A stretch of 64,000 nt of DNA from Kiritimatiellia bacterium (GTDB lineage: Bacteria; Verrucomicrobiota; Kiritimatiellia; RFP12; UBA1067): NCBI GenBank assembly GCA_050949565.1, contig JBMNFY010000001.1:32001-96000 (forward strand), in the 5' to 3' direction. The translations under genes were made by a program, and so were the position numbers. How positions within the stretch are numbered: position 1 is the first letter of the stretch; each line of letters starts with the position of its first letter. The notes beneath the pieces were generated by a model. The model was given only the letters and a program-made list of their open reading frames with translations, was not told where the DNA came from and made no database searches. Of this stretch, positions 57,928 through 64,000 are shown in pieces.

Positions 57928-59287
57928 GAATATGTCAAAAAATATGATCGAAAGGGCGCTTGATAACGCCTGTGATACCAAAGTGTGTTTGATCGGCGAG
58001 GGCGTGCTTGAGCAGGTGCCGTGTCTCTTTAACGAACAGTTCGAGGGAGCATTAGATGCGTTCGTGGTCTGCGACCCTCGCACGAAGGTTGCGGCAGGCG
58101 AACGGGTGGCAGCGTTGCTCAAGGATGCCGGCGTCACCGTGAGCGAGCATGTGCTTGAGCCGGGCGGAGAGTTGGTCCATGCCGACTACCGCTATGTGGA
58201 AGAGATCCGCGCTGCCATCCAGTGCGCGATCGAACGGTCAGACGGGCGGACGCTCATCCCTGTGGCTGTCGGCTCGGGGGTGGTGAACGATCTCACCAAA
58301 CGTGCGAGCGGCGAACTCGGCGTCCCGTACATGGTCTGCGCGACAGCGGCGAGCATGGACGGCTATTCCAGTTTCGGGGCATCGATCCGCTCTCCAGAGG
58401 GCGCGAAGACGACCTATGCGTGCCCCGCTCCGCGTGTGATTGTGGCGGATTTAGAAGTGATGCGGACGGCTCCAGCGTGGATGGTCGCCAGCGGTTTCGC
58501 CGACCTGCTCTCGAAGGTGACGGCAGGCGCGGATTGGATTCTCGCGTTTGAATTGGGTGCTGCAGAGTGGCATGACCGTGCCTGGCATACCGTGCAGGAC
58601 GGCCTTCCCGAGGCCATCGGCGATCCTGAGGGTGTGGCGGCGATGGGGACGGCACCGCTCACGAAATTCGTCGAGGGGCTCATGCTCGGCGGCTTCGCCA
58701 TGCAGGACATGCAGAGTTCGCGCCCGGCCTCAGGCGCGGAGCACATGTTCAGCCACATCCTCGATATGCGCAACCACACCTACCGTGGCGCTAGCGTGTC
58801 GCATGGTTTTCAGGTAGGGGTGTACACGCACTTTATGGCGAAGCTCTACGAAGAGATACTGGCCTTCGACTACACGCAACTGGATGTGGAGGCCTGCGTC
58901 GCCGCATGGCCGGAATGGTCCGCCGAAGAGGCGGTCGTGGAAAAGATTCTGGCAGGAACGTCACTCGTCGAGGTCGGCAGGGTTGCCACAAAGAAGAAAT
59001 ACGTGGACAAAGCGGGACAACGCGCCCGGCTATCGGATTTGAAGCAACGCTGGCCTGCCATCAAGGCGCGCCTAGAGAAGCAACTGTTGCCGGCCAAGGA
59101 GATTGAGCGCAGACTGCGGGTTGTCGGTGCGCCCGTCCATCCCGAAGAGATCGGAGCGACGCGCGAGCAGTCGCTCCGTGACGTGATGGTCGCCGCGCAC
59201 ATGCGTGATCGTTACAACTCGCTTGATTTTCTCTATGCGACCGGCCAGATGGACCTCTTCGCCCGAAAAGCGATGGCAGTTAGTTAG
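57917..59287 (+). CDS. sn-glycerol-1-phosphate dehydrogenase (AraM/EgsA-like)
   Basis: AVGSGVVNDLTK, TAASMDGYSS, SGFADLLSK..AGADW, SRPASGAEH..SH, HGFQVG. Confidence 0.88.
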   Translation: MVSENMSKNMIERALDNACDTKVCLIGEGVLEQVPCLFNEQFEGALDAFVVCDPRTKVAAGERVAALLKDAGVTVSEHVLEPGGELVHADYRYVEEIRAAIQCAIERSDGRTLIPVAVGSGVVNDLTKRASGELGVPYMVCATAASMDGYSSFGASIRSPEGAKTTYACPAPRVIVADLEVMRTAPAWMVASGFADLLSKVTAGADWILAFELGAAEWHDRAWHTVQDGLPEAIGDPEGVAAMGTAPLTKFVEGLMLGGFAMQDMQSSRPASGAEHMFSHILDMRNHTYRGASVSHGFQVGVYTHFMAKLYEEILAFDYTQLDVEACVAAWPEWSAEEAVVEKILAGTSLVEVGRVATKKKYVDKAGQRARLSDLKQRWPAIKARLEKQLLPAKEIERRLRVVGAPVHPEEIGATREQSLRDVMVAAHMRDRYNSLDFLYATGQMDLFARKAMAVS

Positions 59288-59365
59288 TTCATTAGTGCGT
59301 TACGGTTCGACAAGCGTGATAAAAAACAAGTTGTTTCGCCACGAAGGCTTTTTAAGGAGGACATA

Positions 59366-60685
59366 GTGATGAGACGGATGGTGTGTGCGGCTGTTGTCTG
59401 GGTGGCTGTGTGTTTGGGGATTTGGGCCGGGGCGGCGCCAGCAAAGATGGAGTTGGCAGGCGCGTGGCAGGTCAAGGTGACCTGTGGCGAGCAGACGGCG
59501 GTGCTCGTCGTGGATCCGCCGGATATGGTCACGGTGGTCGATGAGGCGTACGAGCGGCTGGCGCTGTTCCAAGGGCCGGAGTGGCGGCGCGGTACGCCGC
59601 TGCTGGGGCCCAAGGCCGAAGCGTGCAGCGTGGCGGGTGCGCTTGATCCGGCGACGCTGGTCGTGCGTGCCGGGCCGGGTGCAACGGCGCAGCTCTTTGA
59701 GCGTGGCAAGGATTATCAGCTTGAACCGCGCTGGGCCGGCTTCGGTCGGCTGGAGGGCGGGGCGATCGCGGCCGACCGTCCGGTGTACGCGAGTTATCGT
59801 TATGCCATGATGCGACTGGACAGCGTGGTGCTGAAGGCGGACGGGAGCCTGGCGGTGCGCAAAGGCGTGCCGCATGTGGCGACGCCGCGTCAGCCGGAGA
59901 TTGGCGACGGCGAAACGCGCGTGGGCAATGTCTGGTTGGCCGGACGCGTGGAACGCTTGACGGATGACCATCTGTTCCCGATTTTGGAGCACGCATACCC
60001 CGAGCCTAAATCCGCGCCGCCGGGCGCGTCAGCCGCAGAACGGTATCTGCCCAAGACCTTGGCCAAACTGCGCGCCGGGCAACCGGTTCGGATTTTAGCG
60101 TGGGGCGACAGCGTGACCGAGTGCGTGTACTTGCCGTTCCAGCAGAAGTGGCAGGAGCAGTTCGCCACCCGTCTGCGCGCGCGTTTCCCGGATGCCAGCA
60201 TCGTGATGTTGTCGGAAGGGTGGGGGGGACGCACCACAACCGCCTTCCGCAAAGAGCCGCCGGGCAGTCCGCGCAACTATGCCGAGAAGGTGTTGGCGCT
60301 CAAACCCGATCTGATCGTGTCGGAGTTCATCAACGACGCCTATATGAATGAGGCGGCGGTGTTAGAGAACTACGGGGCGATCCTCAAGGATTTCCAGCGG
60401 ATCGGCGCGGAGTGGGTCATTCTGACGCCGCATTACGCGCGGCCCGACTGGATGGGCCTGACACGGGAGCGGGAGATCGACAACGATCCGCGTCCTTATG
60501 TTCGCGGGCTCAGGCTGTTCGCGGAGAACAATTCTGTGGCGCTGGCCGATGCCTCGTTGCGCTGGGGCCGTCTTTGGCGGCAGGGGGTGCCGTATTCCAC
60601 GTTGCTGGTGAATGCCATCAATCACCCGGACGAGCGCGGCATGGCGCTGTTTGCCGATGCGCTGATGGCACTCTTTCAGGACTAA
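59366..60685 (+). CDS. exported SGNH/GDSL hydrolase with N-terminal extension
   Basis: WGDSVT, GWGG, EFIND, INHP blocks. Confidence 0.85.
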   Translation: MMRRMVCAAVVWVAVCLGIWAGAAPAKMELAGAWQVKVTCGEQTAVLVVDPPDMVTVVDEAYERLALFQGPEWRRGTPLLGPKAEACSVAGALDPATLVVRAGPGATAQLFERGKDYQLEPRWAGFGRLEGGAIAADRPVYASYRYAMMRLDSVVLKADGSLAVRKGVPHVATPRQPEIGDGETRVGNVWLAGRVERLTDDHLFPILEHAYPEPKSAPPGASAAERYLPKTLAKLRAGQPVRILAWGDSVTECVYLPFQQKWQEQFATRLRARFPDASIVMLSEGWGGRTTTAFRKEPPGSPRNYAEKVLALKPDLIVSEFINDAYMNEAAVLENYGAILKDFQRIGAEWVILTPHYARPDWMGLTREREIDNDPRPYVRGLRLFAENNSVALADASLRWGRLWRQGVPYSTLLVNAINHPDERGMALFADALMALFQD

Positions 60686-60751
60686 GAAGTAACAGCGCTG
60701 GGAGGGACGAGCGTCTGCTCGTCCGGCGGCGGTTACGCCGCCACTTTGCGG

Positions 60752-61051
60752 CTATCTCCCAAACTTCCTGCGCAAGCAGGCGAGAATCGTGAGCGCGTTT
60801 TCGGATGGGCTGTGGTAGTAGACCTGCCGGCCGTCGCGGCGCGCTTGGATGATGCCCGCGAGCCGCATCTTGTTGAGGTGCTGGGAGACGGCCGCCTGCT
60901 GGCCGCAGACACCCGCGACAATCGCGCTTACCGTGCTTTCGCCGTGAAGGTCGATGTATTCGAGGATCCGCAGGCGTTGCGGGTGTCCGATGATCTTGAT
61001 CGTTTGTGAGACCTGATCCAGATACTCGTCGGGTAGTGGCTTCGGTTTCAT
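60752..61051 (-). CDS. ArsR/SmtB family transcriptional regulator
   Basis: IGHPQRLRIL, QAAVSQHL..MR, RRDGRQVYY; two Cys. Confidence 0.92.
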   Translation of the reverse strand: MKPKPLPDEYLDQVSQTIKIIGHPQRLRILEYIDLHGESTVSAIVAGVCGQQAAVSQHLNKMRLAGIIQARRDGRQVYYHSPSENALTILACLRRKFGR

Positions 61052-61060
61052 CACGGCCGC

Positions 61061-63472
61061 CTAGATGAAGAGTGTGCTTTGGCTGTGCTTGGCCATTTCG
61101 ACGAAGCTGGCGACGCCCACGACTTCGTCGATCTCGATCAACTCGTCGCGCGTGATACCCATGACGTCCATCGCCATCTCGCACGCGACGAACCGGACAC
61201 CCAGTTCGCGGGCCTGCCGGATGAGGTCGGGGAGCGGCGTGACGTTCTGGTCGGCCATCACCCGCTTCATCATGAGCGCCCCCATGCCGCCCATGTTCAT
61301 CTTGGACAGTGCCAGCTTCTCGGTGCCCTTGGGCAACATCCAGCCGAACATCCGTCCCATCAGTGTCTTCTTGACTGGCGGCGCGGGATTTTTCCGCAGG
61401 ACGCTCAAGCCCCAGAAGGTGAAGAAGATGCCCACCTTGCTTCCGGAAGCCGCCATGCCGCAGGCGATGATCAGCGCGGCCATCACTTTGTCCAGATCAT
61501 TGCTGAAAAGGACAAGCGCCGCGCCGTGCTCGTCTGCTGTCTTTGTCGGTACGGGGGCATCCGCCGGAAGCGCCTTCCGGATCACCGCTTCAAGGTGCGT
61601 GGCTTTCTTTTCCAGGCTGAGCAGTTCGTTGCCGGTCGAGGCGATCCAGTTTTTCAAGTCCGGTTCGAAGGAGAGCTGCGCCAGCAGGCGCAGACTCGCG
61701 CCCGCGTCCCGCTCGTCAAGTGTCTGTTTGATCCGTACCACGGGTCCTGGGCAGGCAAGGGCGCGGACATCAAGCACTTCGGCATCGGTCGCGAGGGGAG
61801 CAGCGTTTTCAGTTGGCTTTGGGGCGGCGGTTTTGGGGGTCGGCGTGAACGGCGCGGGATGGAAGTAGGTCCAGGTCGTATAACCGCCCGACAAGTTGCT
61901 GACGCGGTAGCCGTTCTGGCGCAGAATACGCTCGGCGAGATAACCGCGCATACCGACCCGGCAAACGGTCACGATCTCACGGGCGGTGTCGAGTTCTTTG
62001 ATACGATCACGGAGTTGACCGAGCGGGATATTCGTGGAGCCGGGAATGGCGCCTAGCGCGACCTCCTCGGGCTCGCGAACGTCCAGAATCAGGGCGTCGG
62101 CGGGGATTTCATCGCCATGCGTCAGGTAGGTGTCGCCTTTGAGCACGTTGTCGGCGATCATGCCGGCAAAATTGACAGGGTCTTTGGCTGAGTTGAATGG
62201 CGGCGCATAGGCGAGTTCCAGGTCGGCGAGTTCTGGCGCGGTGGCGCCGCGGCACATCGCGACGGCGATCGTGTCAAGGCGCTTGGCCACGCCTTCGTGG
62301 CCGACCGCTTGCGCGCCGAGGATCTTGCCGTCGTGACCGAACAGCAGTTTGATGTGGAGCTGCGACCCACCGGGGTAATAGGTGGCGCAGGAGGCGGGGT
62401 GGTTGTAGATTTTATGGTAGGGGATTCCCATTTGCTTCAAGCGACGCTCGGTGAACCCCACGCTGCCGGCGGCCAGCGTGCCTACTTTGAGGACAGCGGT
62501 CCCGATGCTGCCGCGGTAACGCGATGTACGGCCGACCAGATTATCGGCGACGATGCGCGCCTGCTTGTTGGCAGGGCCGGCCAGCGGAATTGCCGTCTTG
62601 CCGCCGAGGATTGGGTCATTGACTTCGATTACGTCGCCTGCCGCATAGATGCTGGGATCAGAGGTCTGCAACGTGTCGTCGACGATAATGTGGCCGCGGG
62701 GGCCGACATCGAGTCCGGCGGCCTGCGCCAATTCGGAGTTGGGTTTCACGCCGACGCTCATGACCACAAGATCCGCCGGCAGTTTCTCGCCATCGTCCAG
62801 AACCGCGTGGAAGGCATCCGCAGACTTCTCGAACGCCGTAACCTTGCGCGCCAACCGCAGGGCGATGCCTGCCGAGGAGAGTTCTTGTGCCAGCGTGGTG
62901 GACATCTCTTTGTCGATTGTCGGCAACACTTGGTCGGAGAGTTCAACGAGGGTCACGTCGAGTCCCCGCTCGTTGAGATTTTCGGCGATCTCCAGTCCGA
63001 TGAAGCCCGCCCCGACGACCACGGCTGTCCGTGCGCCGCCATCGATGGCGGCAATGATGGAGTCCATGTCCGGAATCGTCCAGAGCCGCATGACGCGCGG
63101 ATCGTCAGAGCCGGGGATGTCCATCATGACCGGGGACGAGCCTGTGGCCAGAACCAGCTTGTCATAACTCTCTTGGTAGGTTCCCGTTTCGCTTCGGACC
63201 GTCACCTTTTTTGCGGCGCGGTCGACGGCGATCACCTCGCTTTTCGTGCGGACGTCCACGTTGAACCACGTCTTGAAGCGGTTCTCGGTCATCACCATCA
63301 GTGCTTCGCGCTGGGGGATGACGCCGCCTACATGGTAGGGCAGGCCGCAGTTCGCGTACGAGATGAATGCGCCGCGCTCGAACATCATGATCTCGGCCGA
63401 CTCATCCAGCCTACGCAATCTTGCGGCCACACCCGCTCCCGCTGCCACGCCGCCTACAATGACTGTCTTCAT
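61061..63472 (-). CDS. CoA-disulfide/persulfide reductase fused to rhodanese, TusA/SirA and DsrE2-like domains
   Basis: GGVAAG, SYANCGLPY, GAGFIGLE, YAPPF; rhodanese LDVREPEE...CRVGMRG; TusA LDVRALACPGP; DsrE2 IFFTFWGL...ACEMAMDVMG. Confidence 0.92.
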   Translation of the reverse strand: MKTVIVGGVAAGAGVAARLRRLDESAEIMMFERGAFISYANCGLPYHVGGVIPQREALMVMTENRFKTWFNVDVRTKSEVIAVDRAAKKVTVRSETGTYQESYDKLVLATGSSPVMMDIPGSDDPRVMRLWTIPDMDSIIAAIDGGARTAVVVGAGFIGLEIAENLNERGLDVTLVELSDQVLPTIDKEMSTTLAQELSSAGIALRLARKVTAFEKSADAFHAVLDDGEKLPADLVVMSVGVKPNSELAQAAGLDVGPRGHIIVDDTLQTSDPSIYAAGDVIEVNDPILGGKTAIPLAGPANKQARIVADNLVGRTSRYRGSIGTAVLKVGTLAAGSVGFTERRLKQMGIPYHKIYNHPASCATYYPGGSQLHIKLLFGHDGKILGAQAVGHEGVAKRLDTIAVAMCRGATAPELADLELAYAPPFNSAKDPVNFAGMIADNVLKGDTYLTHGDEIPADALILDVREPEEVALGAIPGSTNIPLGQLRDRIKELDTAREIVTVCRVGMRGYLAERILRQNGYRVSNLSGGYTTWTYFHPAPFTPTPKTAAPKPTENAAPLATDAEVLDVRALACPGPVVRIKQTLDERDAGASLRLLAQLSFEPDLKNWIASTGNELLSLEKKATHLEAVIRKALPADAPVPTKTADEHGAALVLFSNDLDKVMAALIIACGMAASGSKVGIFFTFWGLSVLRKNPAPPVKKTLMGRMFGWMLPKGTEKLALSKMNMGGMGALMMKRVMADQNVTPLPDLIRQARELGVRFVACEMAMDVMGITRDELIEIDEVVGVASFVEMAKHSQSTLFI

Positions 63473-63523
63473 GTTATGGACCTCTTTTTAAAAAATGACT
63501 TCTCGTGCGTTGAAAAAGGCGGG

Positions 63524-63553
63524 AGTATATATCATAAAATCATGATATGTCAA
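63524..63553 (-). promoter_or_regulatory. sigma70 promoter with overlapping palindromic ArsR-type operator
   Basis: Minus strand TTGACA-N18-TATACT; ATATCAT-N6-ATGATAT (63529-63548) fills the spacer. Confidence 0.75.
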
Positions 63554-63978
63554 TACGTCGCGAAGTGCTGAATAATAAAACACCAAAAAAGTTCTTGTCT
63601 TCCTCTCCCTTTTCACGTTACCATGCAACTGCAACTATGCTTTAGCTCATGTTACTGCCGTTTTCTCGAAGGAAAGGCTGACCGTGAACAGCAGCGCCAC
63701 GAACAACAACGACACTGCATCCAGTTTTGCGTGCCAGTCCCGCGCTTTGCGTCTCCGCGTCTCCGCGTCTCCGCGCTCGTGCGCCTCCTCCTTTTTTCCC
63801 GGAACCGCGCGCGACGGCATGACGCTCACCGTACCGTTTGCCACAGATGAACCCCGTGTTTTACTGAGGATTTTGGCACAGTGAATGAGCGAGGAAAAGA
63901 AAGGACAAGAGGCAAGAGACGCGAGACCCCTCGTCTCTCGTCTCGCGTCTCTCGCCCTCAACTGAAAGGAACACCGCC

Positions 63979-64000
63979 ATGAGACACACACTCCTCACCG
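63979..64000 (+). CDS. probable start of a gene running off the window
   Basis: AAAGGA SD then ATG AGA CAC ACA CTC CTC ACC (signal-peptide-like). Confidence 0.4.

Noticed and set aside
57917-59287. Archaeal-type ether lipid biosynthesis (G1PDH plus prenyl synthase at 9827)
   Set aside because: No GGGP or DGGGP synthase is seen, the genes are ~46 kb apart, and the G1PDH context is catabolic.

Overview
GC-rich bacterial chromosomal window. The gene families (DUF4838/DUF6259-like glycan enzymes, HzsA-middle-domain heme proteins, passenger-repeat surface proteins) suggest a PVC-superphylum organism, probably Kiritimatiellia/Lentisphaerae-like; this is inference. Housekeeping genes (ligA, DnaQ-like exonuclease, cls, ACP, ybaB-recR-yggS) are interspersed with ABC/MFS transporters, glycan-degradation genes, a GDPD-GlpT-G1PDH operon, an ArsR-controlled CoA-persulfide reductase fusion, an IS30 element and a RelE/Phd toxin-antitoxin pair. 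The standout is 19.9-26.0 kb, a non-RHS polymorphic toxin-like locus: a LamG accessory gene, a secreted 703-aa carrier whose C-terminal tip resembles a cysteine-free AMOP domain, three mosaic signal-peptide 'immunity-like' paralogs, and two start-less orphan tips that begin at the same DNA anchor. Also notable are a shared C-terminal G-x-hydrophobic-R/K motif on exported proteins and intergenic spacers built from many repeat families, some bracketing cargo genes. Several frameshifts and exact tandem duplications may be assembly or consensus errors. No rRNA, tRNA or CRISPR array was recognised. All family assignments are by motif recognition; no database searches were run.
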